Notes: a model not told the origin generated them from the letters alone. Counted from the stretch's first letter, positions 20,020 to 32,419 are shown. The stretch: 64,000 nucleotides of DNA from an uncultured Chloroflexia bacterium (GCA_963763775.1 CAVXPZ010000001.1:512001-576000); one strand, 5' to 3'. Made by a program: numbers and translations.

Positions 20020-22227
20020 TCAAACGACCACGGCCCGCGTCAGCGACCGTGGAGGGCCTCCAGCCGCGCCAGGAGGGCGCGCGTCGTCGGGTGAGGACGG
20101 CGTGATCGTCACCCGTTCCCGAAGCCGGTCGGCCGTCTCCCCCACCCCGGGGCCGGCCGCCTCGAGCTTGTCGATGATCCGGTCCAGGACGCCCGGGTCG
20201 ATGAACAGCCGCGCCGGGTCCGGCGCGAAGACGTCGGGATCGATGCGGTAGACCGTGACGGTCATCTGCTCGTCGCCGTAGGGATAGGTCCAGCGCTGGG
20301 CCACGGACGCGCCGGGGGTCGCGTCGAGGGCGGCCGTCATCGCCGGTGTCCCGTCGCCCAGGGTCGCATGGACCCAGTAGCCCGGCCGCAGCGTCTGGAT
20401 CCGCTTGGTCAGCGAGGCCGCATCTCGTTCGTCGAACTGGTCCACGTTGTAGAGGGACGGCGAGATCGCGATCGCGTCGGCGAGCGGACGGTTCGCGGGC
20501 ACCGCGCGCAGCCCCAGCGGCGCCGTGGGGTCGAGGACCGCGGTCCCGGGGCGGATCCGGGTCACCGGGTAGTCGCCGGTCACACGCTGGCCGACGTCGT
20601 AGGCGAGGAACTCGCTGAGGGCGATCCTGGTGCCGGGCGGGACGTTGGCGCGGATCCAGGCGCTCGTCGCATCCACCGCCGCGATCTTCGCGTCGTCGCC
20701 GACGATCGGGCGGGCGGCGGTCGCGAGGGCGATCCCCGCCGCCCCGAAGACCAGCGCGGTGCCCAGGACGGCCGGCAGCCAGGCCCGCCCGCCTCCGCGG
20801 CGGCGCAGGACGAGCACCAGGAGCGCCAGGATCGACGACGCCGACGATGGCGACCAGGACGAAGCCCAGCCGGCGCGGTCCTGACGCCGACGAGGCTCCG
20901 GCGTGCCAGCAGGAACAGGAAGGGCACGACGAGGAGCCCGCCGACGACCGCGGCCACGCTCGCCCACCGTTCCCGCGCCAGGATGCCCGCGGCCACGGCG
21001 ATCCACCCGATCGAGGCGGTCACGGCGAGGACCGGGAAGACCGCGACGTAGTGGCGCGGCGTCTCGCCGATGGCGACGACGAGCAGGATCAGGGGCACGT
21101 TGGCCAGGAGGGTCATCACGAGCGGGAACAGCTCCCGATGTGCCACCGCGGACAGTCGTCGGGCGGCGAGGGCGACGGCCGTCAGGACGATGCCGGGCAC
21201 CGCGAAGGCGAGCGCGCCGGCGAGCTGTGGCACGTAGCTGGCGTACGCCGTGAAGGCCGAGAGCCGGATGACGCTCGCGCCGGCCAGCTTGGGCGCCCGT
21301 GCGTAGACGACCAGCTGCACGCCCGCCCAACCGAGACCCGCCACCCACGCGACGATCACCGGCCACCGCGACGCGCTCACGGGCGCCGGGGCGCGACCAC
21401 GACGCTCGAGGAACGGCTCGATCGACCAGCCCGGCGACGATGGCGACCACGATGGCCACCGCGATCGGCCCGAGCAGCCAGGCCGGTGCCCCGAGTCGGT
21501 AGACGACGCCGGTGATCGAGGCGTGGAGCACGAACCACCAGGCGAGGATGGGCGTGGCGACCAGGAGCGCCACCGCCGCTTGACGCGCGAGGCGCGGCCA
21601 CGGGCGGCCCCAGGCCAGCCCCGCGAGGAACGGGACGGGCGCGAACGGGAGGGCCGTCTCCTTGATCAGGAAGCTGAGGCCGAAGCACGCCCCGGCCAGG
21701 GCCGCCAGCCCGAGGGAGCCGCGATCGACGGCGCGCAGACCGACGACGAGGTAGGCCACCGCGAGCACGGCCGCCGGCAGGTCGATGCCGGCCGTCCGTG
21801 ACAGCGTGAGCAGGTACGGGAACCCCAGGAGCGAGATGGCGGCCAGCGCGCCGACGGCCGGTCGCACCCGCCAGCCGAGCGCCCCGCCGAGCGCGATGAG
21901 TCCCGCCGCCGAGATCGCGTCGATGACCTGCCCGACGCGCACCCCGTCGACGCCGAACCAGGCCTGCGGGGCCGCGAGGACCAGGGGCCAGACCGGCGAG
22001 TGATTCGGGAAGCTGACGCCGAAGACCGTGATGAGACCCTTGCCCGCGAGGATGTTCAGGCCGAGGCCGACGTACTTCGCCTCGTCGGGCGTCTCGAAGG
22101 CCGGCGGCGCCAGCGCGCGGATCACCAGGAAGGCCACGACCGATGCGGCGATCAACCACGCGGCGGCCGTCCGCTCGGTCGGCGCCGTCGAGGCGGCCGC
22201 CGGCCGGGTATCGGGCGCGTCGGTCAT
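20020..22227 (-). CDS. GT-C fold (ArnT/PMT-like) membrane glycosyltransferase (several frameshifts)
   Basis: First-loop TPDEAKY, HSPVWP, LIKET, many TM helices; split across frames near 21400 and 20850. Confidence 0.7.
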   Translation of the reverse strand: MTDAPDTRPAAASTAPTERTAAAWLIAASVVAFLVIRALAPPAFETPDEAKYVGLGLNILAGKGLITVFGVSFPNHSPVWPLVLAAPQAWFGVDGVRVGQVIDAISAAGLIALGGALGWRVRPAVGALAAISLLGFPYLLTLSRTAGIDLPAAVLAVAYLVVGLRAVDRGSLGLAALAGACFGLSFLIKETALPFAPVPFLAGLAWGRPWPRLARQAAVALLVATPILAWWFVLHASITGVVYRLGAPAWLLGPIAVAIVVAIVAGLVDRAVPRASWSRPGARERVAVAGDRRVGGGSRLGGRAAGRLRTGAQAGRRERHPALGLHGVRQLRATARRRARLRGARHRPDGRRPRRPTTVRGGTSGAVPARDDPPGQRAPDPARRRHRRDAAPLRRGLPGPRRDRLDRVDRRGRGHPGAGTVGERGRGRRRAPRRALPVPAGTPEPRRRQDRAGWASSWSPSSASSILALLVLVLRRRGGGRAWLPAVLGTALVFGAAGIALATAARPIVGDDAKIAAVDATSAWIRANVPPGTRIALSEFLAYDVGQRVTGDYPVTRIRPGTAVLDPTAPLGLRAVPANRPLADAIAISPSLYNVDQFDERDAASLTKRIQTLRPGYWVHATLGDGTPAMTAALDATPGASVAQRWTYPYGDEQMTVTVYRIDPDVFAPDPARLFIDPGVLDRIIDKLEAAGPGVGETADRLRERVTITPSSPDDARPPGAAGGPPRSLTRAVVV

Positions 22228-23543
22228 GACGCGGGCGCGGCCGACGCCCCGAGGCTCTCCGTCCAGGCGCGGGCCACGGCCTCGAGCTCGCCGGCCAGCG
22301 ACGGCGCCACCCGGCCGACCACGCGGACGTCGCGTTCGCCGTACTCGACGTCGACCGTGCCGCGCTCCCGGACCCTCGCGAGCAGCTCGCCCGCGGCGTA
22401 CGGCACCGCGACGTCGACATCGACCCACAGGGACGCGAGGAGGGCCGCGATCTCGGCTCGCAGCGTGTCGATGCCGTAGCCCGTCGTGGCCGAGACGAAG
22501 ACCGCGCCGCCGATCGCGGGGGCCGGGGTCTCGCCGTCGCGCGCGGCCTTGTCGAGGAGGTCCGCCTTGTTGTAGGCCACGAGCCGCGGCTTCTCGCCGG
22601 CGCCCAGTTCGTCGAGCACCGTCTGGACGGTGGCCCGGTGTTCCTCGATATGGGCGTCCGCGGCGTCGACCACCTCGACCAGCACGTCGGCGCGGTTGAC
22701 CTCTTCGAGGGTGGCCCGGAACGCGTCGACGAGCTGGTGCGGCAGCTTGTGGATGAAGCCCACGGTGTCGGTGACGATCGCCGTCTGCCCGTCGCCGAGC
22801 TTGACCTGGCGACTCGTCGGGTCGAGCGTCGCGAACAGCTTGTCCTCGGCGAGCGCGACTTCGGCGCCGACGAGGGTGTTCAGCAACGTGGACTTGCCCG
22901 CATTCGTGTAGCCGACGATGCCGACCGTCGGCCACAGCCGCCGGTCCCTGCCGCGCGCCGCGGTCGAGCGCTGCTGGCGGACCTGGTCCACGCGCTCCTT
23001 CATCTTGGCGATCCGTGTCCGGATGATCCGCCGGTCCGTCTCGAGCTGGGACTCGCCGGGTCCGCGGGTCCCGATCCCGCCGCCGGTCCGCGACAGGTGC
23101 GTCCAGAGGCGGGTCAGTCGAGGCAGCTGGTACTCGAGCTGCGCCAGCTCGACCTGGAGGCGGCCCTCGTGCGTCTGCGCATGCAGGGCGAAGATATCGA
23201 GGATGAGGCGGCTCCGGTCGATGACCTTCACCTTCAGGAGTTCCTCGAGCGCCCGCTGCTGCGCGGGCGAGAGTTCGTCGTCGGCGATGAGCACGTCGAA
23301 ACCGGTCTCGCGCTTCGCCGACAGCAGGTCCTCGGCCTTGCCCTTGCCGACGTACCAGTTCGGGTCGACATGACGGCGGTTCTGCCACTCGGCGCCGACC
23401 ACGTCCGCGCCGGCGGTCGTCGCAAGGTTCGCGAGCTCCGCGAGCGAGTCGGGCGCGGTCCAGCCGTCCTCGGTCCCGGTATCGACGGCGACGAGGAAGG
23501 CCTTCTCGACGGGCGTGGCGAGGTCGATCAACTCGTTGGGCAT
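22224..23543 (-). CDS. hflX: Ribosome-splitting GTPase HflX
   Basis: [34 protein letters not shown]. Confidence 0.95.
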   Translation of the reverse strand: MPNELIDLATPVEKAFLVAVDTGTEDGWTAPDSLAELANLATTAGADVVGAEWQNRRHVDPNWYVGKGKAEDLLSAKRETGFDVLIADDELSPAQQRALEELLKVKVIDRSRLILDIFALHAQTHEGRLQVELAQLEYQLPRLTRLWTHLSRTGGGIGTRGPGESQLETDRRIIRTRIAKMKERVDQVRQQRSTAARGRDRRLWPTVGIVGYTNAGKSTLLNTLVGAEVALAEDKLFATLDPTSRQVKLGDGQTAIVTDTVGFIHKLPHQLVDAFRATLEEVNRADVLVEVVDAADAHIEEHRATVQTVLDELGAGEKPRLVAYNKADLLDKAARDGETPAPAIGGAVFVSATTGYGIDTLRAEIAALLASLWVDVDVAVPYAAGELLARVRERGTVDVEYGERDVRVVGRVAPSLAGELEAVARAWTESLGASAAPAS

Positions 23544-23687
23544 CGTCGCGAAGGATAGCCCGTCAGCCTCGCCCTCCCATCGAATCATGCGGTTCGGGCG
23601 ATGGAACGGCCGCAGCGGTTGCTATGCTGCGGGGAAACCGTCCCCACATGTGTGGTCGTGGACGGAAAGAGGGAGGCTCAATCACCG

Positions 23688-24224
23688 ATGCATCGTCCTA
23701 TCGGCGTCACACTGCTTGCGCTCGGCGCCGGGGTGGCAGGTCTCTTCGAGATCTGGCGGGCCCTGGTGTTCCTGGGCGTCGCCAGCTTCACCTTCGTCGG
23801 CAAGTCCGTCTCGTTCCCGGATCCGCAGTGGGGCTCGGCCCTCTGGGCGCTCCTCATCGCCGCGATCTGGTTCTGGGTCGCCATGGGGTTCTGGAACGTC
23901 CGCGCCTACGCGTGGTCCTTCGGGATCTTCATCAGCATCTTCACGGTCATCTTCGGCTTCTTCGCCCTCCTGGGTGGGTCGACGATGGAAGCGGAGACCA
24001 TCGGCTGGCTGCTGGCCATCGGCATCTTCATGTACCTGAACTACCCGGGCGTCCGGGACGTGTTCATGAAGCATGAGCTCGAGCTCATGACGCCGGAGCA
24101 GCGCGCCGCAGCCCAGCAGATGCAGGCCGCGCAGATGGCGATGGCGCAGGCTTCCGTGCCGCAGGCCGCCGCGGCCCCGCAGAGCCCCACGCCTCCGCCT
24201 CCGGCCCCGCCCGCGGCGAGCTAG
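23688..24224 (+). CDS. Hypothetical 4-TM membrane protein with Gln/Ala/Pro-rich tail
   Basis: MHRPIGVTLLA..., GGGAGG RBS, four hydrophobic helices. Confidence 0.75.
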   Translation: MHRPIGVTLLALGAGVAGLFEIWRALVFLGVASFTFVGKSVSFPDPQWGSALWALLIAAIWFWVAMGFWNVRAYAWSFGIFISIFTVIFGFFALLGGSTMEAETIGWLLAIGIFMYLNYPGVRDVFMKHELELMTPEQRAAAQQMQAAQMAMAQASVPQAAAAPQSPTPPPPAPPAAS

Positions 24225-24270
24225 GCCCGCAACCGCCCCCGTCGAGCGACGGGGGGCTTGGAACCGATCA

Positions 24271-24301
24271 GAAGGCCGACCGGCCCCGCCGGTCGGCCTT
24301 C
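24271..24301. terminator. Bidirectional terminator-like hairpin
   Basis: gaaggccgaccgg-loop-ccggtcggccttc between convergent genes. Confidence 0.65.
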
Positions 24302-24327
24302 GTCGTTGCGCGGCGCGCGAGTTGCTG

Positions 24328-25267
24328 TCAGCCGTCGACGACGCTCGACACCTCGGGTCCTCGGCGGAGGGCGACGACGTCGATCCCCTCGGTCGCGTCC
24401 ACCCAGTCGATGCCCGGCTCTGACCGGAACCACGTGCGCTGGCGCCGCGCGAACGCGACGTTGCGCTGCGCGTCGAGCTCGATGGCGGTCTCGCGGGTCA
24501 GCGTGCCGTCAAGCACGGCCCACGCTTCGCGATAGCCGATCGCGGTGAAGGCCGGCAGCGTCGGGATCGAAGCGCCGGCGGAGTGACGCCGCCTCTTCGA
24601 TGAGCCCGCCATCGAACTGGGCGACGGCCCGGGCGAGGATCCGCTCGCCGTGGACAGCGGGATCGACCGTCAGCCCCAGCCACGTGACGCGCCCCGGATA
24701 GCCGAGGGCGGGCGGCCGTGGCGCGTCCCCCTGGAGCGTCGCGATCTCGAGCGCCCGGACGACGCGACGAGGATTCTGCAGGTCGACGTCCGATGCGAGG
24801 GCCGGGGCGGCCTCGCGCAGTCGGACGACCAGCGCCTCGAGTCCGTCGGCGGCGAGGTCCGCTTCGATGGCCGCCCGTACGGCGGGATCGCTCGGCAGGG
24901 CGTCGGTGTCGAGGCCGCGCGCCACCGCGCGCAGGTACAGGCCCGTGCCGCCCGCGAGGATGGCGATGCCGTCCCGTCCCGCCAGCTCGCCGAGGACGGT
25001 CCTCGCGTGATCCGCGAAGTCGGCGACGCTGAACGGCTCGTCGGGATCCACGAGGTCCAGCCCGTGGTGCGGGACGCGGGCCCGTTCGGCGGCCGTGGCC
25101 TTGGCCGTCCCGATGTCGAGGCCGCGGAACACCTGGCGGGAATCCGCGGAGATGACGACGGTCGACCGCCCCTCGGCGATCAGCATCTCGGCCAGTTCGA
25201 TCGCGAGGGCGGTCTTGCCGGTCGCCGTCGCCCCGGCGATGACGAGCAGCGGTGGCGCTGCGGTCAC
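24328..25267 (-). CDS. miaA: tRNA dimethylallyltransferase (frameshift near 24545)
   Basis: GATATGKT, ISADSRQV, GGTGLYL, NPRRVVRALE; C-terminal AIGYRE...FARRQRTWF is in another frame. Confidence 0.92.
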
Positions 25268-26881
25268 GCGCTGACGAGGCTCCCGCGGAGCGCGTACGGG
25301 CCGGCATGATCGACGCGCACGACGACCTCGCGACCGACGAGGTCGGGGTTGCCGGCCACGTGCACCAGCTTGTTGCCGCGGGTCCGGCCGGTCAGCGACG
25401 ACCCGGACGGTCGTTCCGAGCCTTCGTGGTCATGCGAGCGAGGGACGGCCACCGCGTCCAGCAGGACGGCCACGTCCCGGCCGAGCCACGCCTCGTTGCG
25501 CTCGAGCCCGATCGACTCCTGGAGCGCGAGGAGCTCGTTGAGCCGCCGGCGTTTCGTGTCGGCCGGGACGTCGTCGGGGAGTCGGGTGGCCGGCGTTCCC
25601 GGCCGCGGCGAATACGCGGCGGCGAAGACCTGGTCGTACCGCACGGCCTCGAGCAGGCGCAGGGTGGACTGGAACTGTGCCTCGGTCTCGCCGCAGAACC
25701 CCACGATGACGTCCGTGGAGATCGTGATGCCGGGGACGGCGTCGCGGATCCGCGCCAGCCGCTCCTGGTAGTGCTCGATCGTGTACTGGCGGCCCATCCG
25801 GCGCAGCACGGTGTCGTCACCGGACTGGACGGGCAGGTGGAGATGCTCGCAGACGCTCTCGCAGGCCGCCAGGGCCTCGATCAGGCGGTCCGAGAGGTCC
25901 CAGGGGTGCGACGTCACGAACCGCAGGCGGCCGATGGCGGGGCGGCCGTCGGAGGTCCGGAGCGCGTCGATGGCCCGGATCAACTCGGCGAGGTCCGGTC
26001 GCCCCCGCAGATCGAGCTGCCGGCCCGCGAGCCGTCCCTCGTGGACATGGGCGAACCGCGGCTCCGGCGCCAGGTCGTGGCCGTACGAGTTCACGTTCTG
26101 GCCGAGCAGCGTCACTTCGTGGTACCCGGCGGCCGCCAGGGCGCGCGCCTCGTCGACGACCTCATCGAACGGGCGGCTTCGCTCCGGTCCGCGACTGAAG
26201 GGCACGATGCAGTAGGTGCAGGTCTTGTCGCAGCCGTAGATGATCGGCAGCCAGGCGCTCACCGCGGACCCGCGGGCGACGCTCCCCTCCCCGATGGCGC
26301 GGGCACGGGTCGCGGCCAGGCCGTCGGCGGCCCCGACCACGGTCCGTCCGACCGTCGTCGTCGTGCCGACCGTGCCGATCGGCGCCTGCGCGGAGCCGAG
26401 ACCGAGGCGGTCGACGAGCTCCGGCTCCTCGTCGGGCCGCAGGAACAGGTCGACCGACGGATAGCGTCGGCGCAGGCCGGCCCGATCCGGCTCCCGGACG
26501 GAACAGCCGGTCAGGACGACGCGCAGGCCGGGGTGCGCCGCCTTGAGCTGCGCGAGCTGACCCTGGCGCCCGATGACCTTCTGCTCGGCGCCCTCGCGGA
26601 TGGCACAGGTGTTGATGACGATGAGGTCCGCGTCCTCGAACCCGCTCGCTTCGGCGCAGCCGGCCTGGAGCAGGCGGCCGGCCATCTCCTCGGAGTCGCT
26701 GCGGTTCATCTGGCAACCGAGGGTCCAGAGGTGGAACCTGCGGCAGCGTCCGGCTTTCGGGCAGGTACTCGTCGAGCCGCTCGTCGGTCGGCGTGACGGG
26801 CGCGCGGGGCGCGCCGCGAGGTGCCGGCGGGACGATCTCGAGCATCGGCAACGCGCGGTCGAGGAGCGTTCGGTCCGTCAC
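25264..26881 (-). CDS. miaB: tRNA methylthiotransferase (frameshift near 26740)
   Basis: TLGCQMNRSDSE, NTCAIRE, CDKTCTYC radical SAM motif, TRAM domain. Confidence 0.92.
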
Positions 26882-27838
26882 AGGTCGGTCATCGGTCGGT
26901 CATCGTCCTCGCCGGAGCCTACCCCGATGGCCGCACGCACGTCATCACCGACCGACGGCGGCACCCACAGCCGCGCATGCGACTCGGCGTACGTTCCGGT
27001 GTCCCCGTGGTAATCCGTGCCGCCGGTGGGCACGAGCCCGAGCGTGCGGGCGACGGCCCCGACCATCGTGACCGTGTCGGCGTCGAAGGAGCGGTAGTAG
27101 ACCTCGAGGCCGCCGAGCCCGGCGTCGATGAGGTCGCGGAGGACGGACATCCGCGACGGCGCCTCGCTGAAATGCGCGAGCGAGGGCAGGCCGCCTGCCG
27201 CACGGATCGCCGAGATCGCCTCGGACGGGCCGAGGCCCTCGCGCGGGACGTAGGCCGGGCAGCCCCATCCGAGCAGCCGGCGGAAGGCGTCCTCGACGCT
27301 GGTCGCGTGCCCCGCGGCCATGAGCGCCCGGGCGACCGTCGGACGGCCGAGCGCGTCGCCGTCGCCGGCATCGAGCTCGGCGACCTGGGCGTCGATCGCG
27401 AGCCCGAGCTCGCGGAGGCGGTCGACGGTTCGCTCGAAGCGGACCCGCCGGCGATCCCGCTGCGACCCGAGCGCCGCCTCGAACGCGGCATCGGCCGGGT
27501 CCATCCCGAAGCCGAGGATGTGGAGCTCGCCCTCCCACAGCCCGAGGTCGCGCGTGACGATCGCGTTGATCTCCACGCCCGGCAGCAACGTCATCGCCGT
27601 CCGGCACCCCGTCGGCGGCGACCACCTCGCGGTAGCCGGCGAGGGTGTCGTGGTCGGTCAGCGCGAACGTCCGCACGCCGACCGCGAATGCCTCCTCGAC
27701 GAGCGCGGCCGGCGCGACGATGCCGTCGGAGCGGGTCGTGTGGGCGTGCAGGTCGACGGTCGTCGGCGGGTGGTCCCGAGTCCGTCCCGCCTCGACTGGC
27801 GGCAGCGGGTCGTGGCGTCGCCGGCGGCCGGTCGTCAC
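26878..27838 (-). CDS. PHP-domain phosphoesterase (frameshift near 27600)
   Basis: DLHAHTTRSDG, LTDHDT, PGVEI, GGTDYHG. Confidence 0.85.
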
Positions 27839-27842
27839 GCGG

Positions 27843-28634
27843 TCAGCCCTCGAGCAGCCGCTGGATGCGCTCGATCTGCAGGGCCCGGCCGGTCGCGGGA
27901 TCGATGTCCACCTGGACCGCGTTGAAGATGACCGGGCCCTCACCCACCTCGAACCGGGTCGGGAGCGCGTTGATGAACCGCGGCAGGACGGTCCGCGGGG
28001 CGAATCCGATGACACTCCAGACAGGTCCGGTCATCCCCAGGTCGGTCTGGTAGGCGGTGCCATTCGGGAGGATCCGCTCATCACCGGTCACGACGTGGGT
28101 ATGCGTCCCCACCACCACGCTGACCCGCCCGTCGAGGTAGAGCCCGAGGGCGTTCTTCTCGGAGGTCAGCTCGCAGTGGAAGTCGACGAGCCGGACCGGT
28201 GGCAGCGGCTCGGCGGACTCGTCCAGCAGCCGGTCGGCATCGGTGAACGGGTTCTCGATCTGCTGCATGTACGTCCGACCCTGGAGATTGATCACGGTGA
28301 CGTCCGTGCCGTCCATGGCGCCGTACACACCCCAGCCGCGCCCGGGGACCTCGTGCGTGCCGTAGTTGAGCGGCCGCAGGACGCGGTCGTTCGCGTCGAG
28401 GAACGGGTAGATCTCGCGCTTGTCCCAGATGTGGTTCCCCGAGGTGATGACGTCGACCCCGGCGGCCAGCAGCGATTCGGCGGTGGACGGCGTCAGGCCC
28501 ATGCCGCCTGCCACGTTCTCGCCGTTGGCGGTGACGAAGTCGATGCCGCGCTCGTCGCGCAGGGCCGGCAGGATCTCCTCGACGGCGGCCCGACCGGGCT
28601 TGCCGATCAGGTCCCCGATCATCAGGACGCGCAG
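27843..28634 (-). CDS. ymdB: YmdB-like 2',3'-cyclic phosphodiesterase (start uncertain)
   Basis: GDLIGKPG, NGEN, TSGNHIWD, DFHCE, GTHTHV, TDLGMTG; directly downstream of rny. Confidence 0.9.
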   Translation of the reverse strand: MRVLMIGDLIGKPGRAAVEEILPALRDERGIDFVTANGENVAGGMGLTPSTAESLLAAGVDVITSGNHIWDKREIYPFLDANDRVLRPLNYGTHEVPGRGWGVYGAMDGTDVTVINLQGRTYMQQIENPFTDADRLLDESAEPLPPVRLVDFHCELTSEKNALGLYLDGRVSVVVGTHTHVVTGDERILPNGTAYQTDLGMTGPVWSVIGFAPRTVLPRFINALPTRFEVGEGPVIFNAVQVDIDPATGRALQIERIQRLLEG

Positions 28635-28717
28635 GGCCCCCTTCGGCCGGGAGGCGTTGCCGTTGGGCGGGTTGCCGAGTCGCGTCGGCCGATGGGCGCG
28701 TCAGTCCCGTCGGCGGC

Positions 28718-30247
28718 TTACTTCGCGAACTCCACGGCCCGCGTCTCGCGGATGACCGTCACCTTGATCTGGCCCGGGTAGGTCAGCTGCTCCTCGATCT
28801 TCTTGACGATGTCGCGGGCGAGCCGCGACGCGGTGAGGTCGTCGATCTCCTCCGGGCGCACGAGGATGCGGACCTCGCGGCCGGCCTGGACCGCGAACGA
28901 GCGCTCGACGCCCGCGAAGCTCTCCGCGATCGCCTGCAGGTCCTCGAGCCGCTTGACGTACGTGTCCATCGACTCACCGCGTGCCCCGGGCCGCGACGCG
29001 CTGATCGCATCGGCGACCTGCACGATCGGGGCCTCCAGGCAGGCGTACTCGACCTCCTGGTGGTGCGCCGCGATCCCGTTGATCACCTTGAACGGCAGGT
29101 TGTGCCGCTGGGCGATGGCCGCGCCGATGGCCGCGTGCGGCCCTTCGACCTCGTGGTCGACGGCCTTGCCGATGTCGTGGAGCAGGCCGCCCATCTTGGC
29201 GATCTGGACGTCCGCGCCGATCTCGGCGGCGATGACGGCCGCCAGGTGGCTCGTCTCGACCACGTGGTTGAGCACGTTCTGCCCGTAGCTCGTGCGGAAC
29301 TTGAGCCGGCCCAGGAGCTTGATGATCTCCGCGGGCAGGCCCGGGACGCCGGCCTCGTAGGCGGCCTGCTCGCCGGCCTGGCGCATGACCAGGTCGACCT
29401 CGGCGCGGGCCTTGGCCACGACCTCCTCGATGCGGCCCGGATGGATGCGGCCGTCGGCGATCAGCTTGGTGATCGCCAGGCGGGCGATCTCCCGGCGGAC
29501 CGGGTCGAAGCCGGACAGGACGACCGTCTCCGGCGTGTCGTCGATGATCAGGTCGACGCCGGTGGCCTGCTCCAGGGCCCGGATGTTGCGGCCTTCGCGG
29601 CCGATGATCCGGCCCTTCATCTCGTCCGAGGGCAGGTGGACCACCGACACCGTGTGCTCGGCGGTGTGGTCGGCGGCCACGCGCTGCATCGCGGTGACGA
29701 CGATGTCGCGGGCCTTGTCCTGGGCTTCCTCGCGGGCGGAGCGCTCGATGGCACGGGCAAGCTTGACGGCGTCGTGCTCGGCCTCCTCACGGACGGCCTC
29801 GAGCAGGACGGTCTTCGCGTCGTCGGCGGACATCCCCGACACGCGCTCGAGGGCATCGACCTGCTGCTGATGGGCGTGCGCGAGTTCCTCGCGGGTCTTG
29901 TCCAGTTCGCGTTCGCGATCGAGGAGCTTGCGGTCGCGCTGCTCGAGCATGTCGGTGCGCTGGTCGAGCTGCTCGTCCCTTGCCAGAAGCCGGCGTTCGA
30001 GGTTCGAGAGCTCGTTGCGCTTCGCGCGGGCCTCGTCCTCGGCCTCGGCCTGCATGCGGAGCTTCTCGTCCTTCGCCTCGAGGATGAGTTCCTTCTGGCG
30101 AGCGCGCGCCTCGGCCTCGATGCGGCGGGCCTCGGACTGCGCCGCCTTCATCGTCTGCGAGGCCCAGAGGCTGCGCAACAGCCAGCCGAGTACGGCTCCG
30201 CCGACGATGGCCGCGAGGGCCACCGCCACGACGACCGGTGTGTCCAT
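28718..30247 (-). CDS. rny: Ribonuclease Y
   Basis: N-terminal TM, coiled coil, KH domain ([12 protein letters not shown]), HD domain (LLHDIGK). Confidence 0.96.
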   Translation of the reverse strand: MDTPVVVAVALAAIVGGAVLGWLLRSLWASQTMKAAQSEARRIEAEARARQKELILEAKDEKLRMQAEAEDEARAKRNELSNLERRLLARDEQLDQRTDMLEQRDRKLLDRERELDKTREELAHAHQQQVDALERVSGMSADDAKTVLLEAVREEAEHDAVKLARAIERSAREEAQDKARDIVVTAMQRVAADHTAEHTVSVVHLPSDEMKGRIIGREGRNIRALEQATGVDLIIDDTPETVVLSGFDPVRREIARLAITKLIADGRIHPGRIEEVVAKARAEVDLVMRQAGEQAAYEAGVPGLPAEIIKLLGRLKFRTSYGQNVLNHVVETSHLAAVIAAEIGADVQIAKMGGLLHDIGKAVDHEVEGPHAAIGAAIAQRHNLPFKVINGIAAHHQEVEYACLEAPIVQVADAISASRPGARGESMDTYVKRLEDLQAIAESFAGVERSFAVQAGREVRILVRPEEIDDLTASRLARDIVKKIEEQLTYPGQIKVTVIRETRAVEFAK

Positions 30248-30524
30248 CAGTGATCCTCCCATCCGGTCGAATCGCGCGACCGGAGGTCATGTCTACGATG
30301 CAGCAGCGCCAAGCGCGAGGAAGGGACATCCGACCGAGGTCCCTACGCGTCCGTCTCGAGTCCCTCCTGGGCCGCGATCGGCACTGTCTTCGGGCTGGAA
30401 CGCCGCTCGGGCGGCGTTGGATTCATCTGCCGCGTAGCCTACGAGCCGCGGGCCGGAGGGTCAACCGAGACGACACCGGGCGACGACCATGCGACGACAG
30501 GCCGGGGCTGCCGTCGCGCGTCGC

Positions 30525-31106
30525 TCAATCCGCGTCGCTCGCGGGATCGTCCGTCGGCGCCCCGGAAAGCGCCGCGACCTCGCGGCAGGTCTCGGGGTCG
30601 AAGCCGTGGCGTGCCAGGAGCGCATACGCCCGCTGCCGGCGTTGCCGCGGATCGGGGACGCGGGCGAGGGCCCGGGCGTGCTTGGCGATGAGTCGCTCCG
30701 CCGCCACGCGGTCGACCGACACGGGCACGTCATCCGCGTCGACCGTCGCTCCACCGGCTCGCCGGTCGGCCATCACGGCATCGACCGTCGTCCGGTCGAT
30801 GCCCTTGAGGGCGAGTTCCTGGCGGATGGCTCGCTCACCGCGCGGCCGGGCGCGATCACGGGACTCGACCCAGGCACGCGCGAACATCTCGTCGTCGAGC
30901 ACGCCGAACTCCGTCAGCTTGACGATCGCCGCCTCGACGAGGGCAGGCTGGTACCCCGTGGACGTGAGCCGACGCCGAACCTCCGCGACGGAGCGCGACC
31001 GTGCCTCGAGGAACCTGCCGGCGGCTTCGAGGACGACCTGCGGGTCGTCGACGGCCGCCTTGGCGTCCTGGCGCTCGGCGAAGGACCTCGACGGACGTCC
31101 AGCCAT
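30525..31106 (-). CDS. recX: RecA regulator RecX
   Basis: FLEARSRSVAEVRRRL, LDDEMFA, RGERAIRQEL, LARHGF; follows recA. Confidence 0.9.
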   Translation of the reverse strand: MAGRPSRSFAERQDAKAAVDDPQVVLEAAGRFLEARSRSVAEVRRRLTSTGYQPALVEAAIVKLTEFGVLDDEMFARAWVESRDRARPRGERAIRQELALKGIDRTTVDAVMADRRAGGATVDADDVPVSVDRVAAERLIAKHARALARVPDPRQRRQRAYALLARHGFDPETCREVAALSGAPTDDPASDAD

Positions 31107-31117
31107 GTGGCGATGGC

Positions 31118-32179
31118 CTATTCGGCCTCTTCGATGCCCTCGACCGGGATGACCGCGGCGTCGTCGGCGATCGCGCCACGGATCCGGCGCTCGATCTCCT
31201 CGGCCACGCCCGGGTTCCCCTTGAGGAACTCCTTGGATGCCTCGCGGCCCTGGCCGAGCCGCGTCTCGCCGAAGTTGAACCACGCCCCGGTCTTCGAGAC
31301 GACGTCCATCGCCACGCCGACGTCGAGCAGGCCGCCCTCCTTCGAAATGCCTTCCCCGTACATGACGTCGAATTCGGCGACGCGGAACGGCGGCGCGACC
31401 TTGTTCTTCACGACCTTGACACGCACCCGGTTGCCGACCGACTCGGTGCCGGTCTTGATGGTCTCGACGCGGCGGATGTCGAGCCGGACCGACGCGTAGA
31501 ACTTCAGCGCGCGGCCACCTGGCGTGGTCTCGGGGTTCCCGAACATGACGCCGATCTTCTCGCGCAGCTGGTTGGTGAACACGAGCGAGGTGTTCGAGCG
31601 CGAGACCGCACCGGTGAGCTTGCGCAGGGCCTGGCTCATGAGCCGGGCCTGGATGCCCATGAACGAGTCACCCATCTCGCCTTCGATCTCGGCGCGCGGC
31701 ACGAGGGCGGCGACGGAGTCCACCACGACGATGTCGATCCCGCCCGACCGGATCAGTGTCTCGGTGATCTCGAGCGCCTGCTCGCCGGTATCGGGCTGGC
31801 TGACGAGGAGCTCGTCGACGTTGACGCCGGTCTTCCGGGCGTACCCCGGATCGAGGGCATGCTCGACGTCGATGAACGCGGCGACGCCGCCACGGCGCTG
31901 GGCCTCGGCGATGACGTGCTGGCAGACGGTCGTCTTGCCCGACGACTCCGGCCCGAAGATCTCCGTGATGCGGCCGCGAGGGATGCCGCCGACGCCGAGG
32001 GCGAGGTCGAGGGCGATGGACCCCGTGGGGATCGTGTCGATCTCGAGCTGCTCGCGCGAGCCGAGCTTCATGATCGAGCCGCGGCCGAACTGCTTCTCGA
32101 TGGCGAGTAGCGCCGCATCGACGGCCTTGCCGCGTTCCGTCTGGGATCGGTCGCTCGCTCGCTCTTCGGTCATCGCCAT
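31118..32179 (-). CDS. recA: Recombinase RecA
   Basis: [34 protein letters not shown]. Confidence 0.98.
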   Translation of the reverse strand: MAMTEERASDRSQTERGKAVDAALLAIEKQFGRGSIMKLGSREQLEIDTIPTGSIALDLALGVGGIPRGRITEIFGPESSGKTTVCQHVIAEAQRRGGVAAFIDVEHALDPGYARKTGVNVDELLVSQPDTGEQALEITETLIRSGGIDIVVVDSVAALVPRAEIEGEMGDSFMGIQARLMSQALRKLTGAVSRSNTSLVFTNQLREKIGVMFGNPETTPGGRALKFYASVRLDIRRVETIKTGTESVGNRVRVKVVKNKVAPPFRVAEFDVMYGEGISKEGGLLDVGVAMDVVSKTGAWFNFGETRLGQGREASKEFLKGNPGVAEEIERRIRGAIADDAAVIPVEGIEEAE

Positions 32180-32251
32180 CAGTCCGTCACGCTCCTCATC
32201 GATCGGTCGACCGGACACCGAAGCGCGCCATCGTGGCGACGGATCCGGTGG

Positions 32252-32419
32252 TCAGCCCTCGGTCTCGTCGTCCTGTTCGACGACGGGCTTCTCCTTGCGC
32301 GGCTTGCGGATCACCTCGACGTTCTGGGGCGGTGCCTCCAGCGGCGAGAGCGTCGGCTGTCCGAGCTTGGCTTTCGGCTTCTTCTTGGCTTCCTTGCCGG
32401 GACGGTTTCGCGAGCCCAT
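32252..32419 (-). CDS. Small 55-aa Lys-rich protein with acidic tail (missing from the ORF track)
   Basis: GGAGG RBS plus ATG; MGSRNRPGKEAKKKPKAKLGQPTLSPLEAPPQNVEVIRKPRKEKPVVEQDDETEG; codon third positions mostly G/C. Confidence 0.7.
   Translation of the reverse strand: MGSRNRPGKEAKKKPKAKLGQPTLSPLEAPPQNVEVIRKPRKEKPVVEQDDETEG

Noticed and set aside
20020-23388. Very long alternative-frame ORFs (e.g. 1122 aa here, 915 aa at 13335, 772 aa at 37334)
   Set aside because: These are Arg/Pro/Gly-rich shadow frames typical of high-GC DNA, sometimes joined to real gene segments by indels.
23544-24327. hfq between miaA and hflX
   Set aside because: The gap holds an opposite-strand membrane protein, and no Sm-fold ORF is recognisable.
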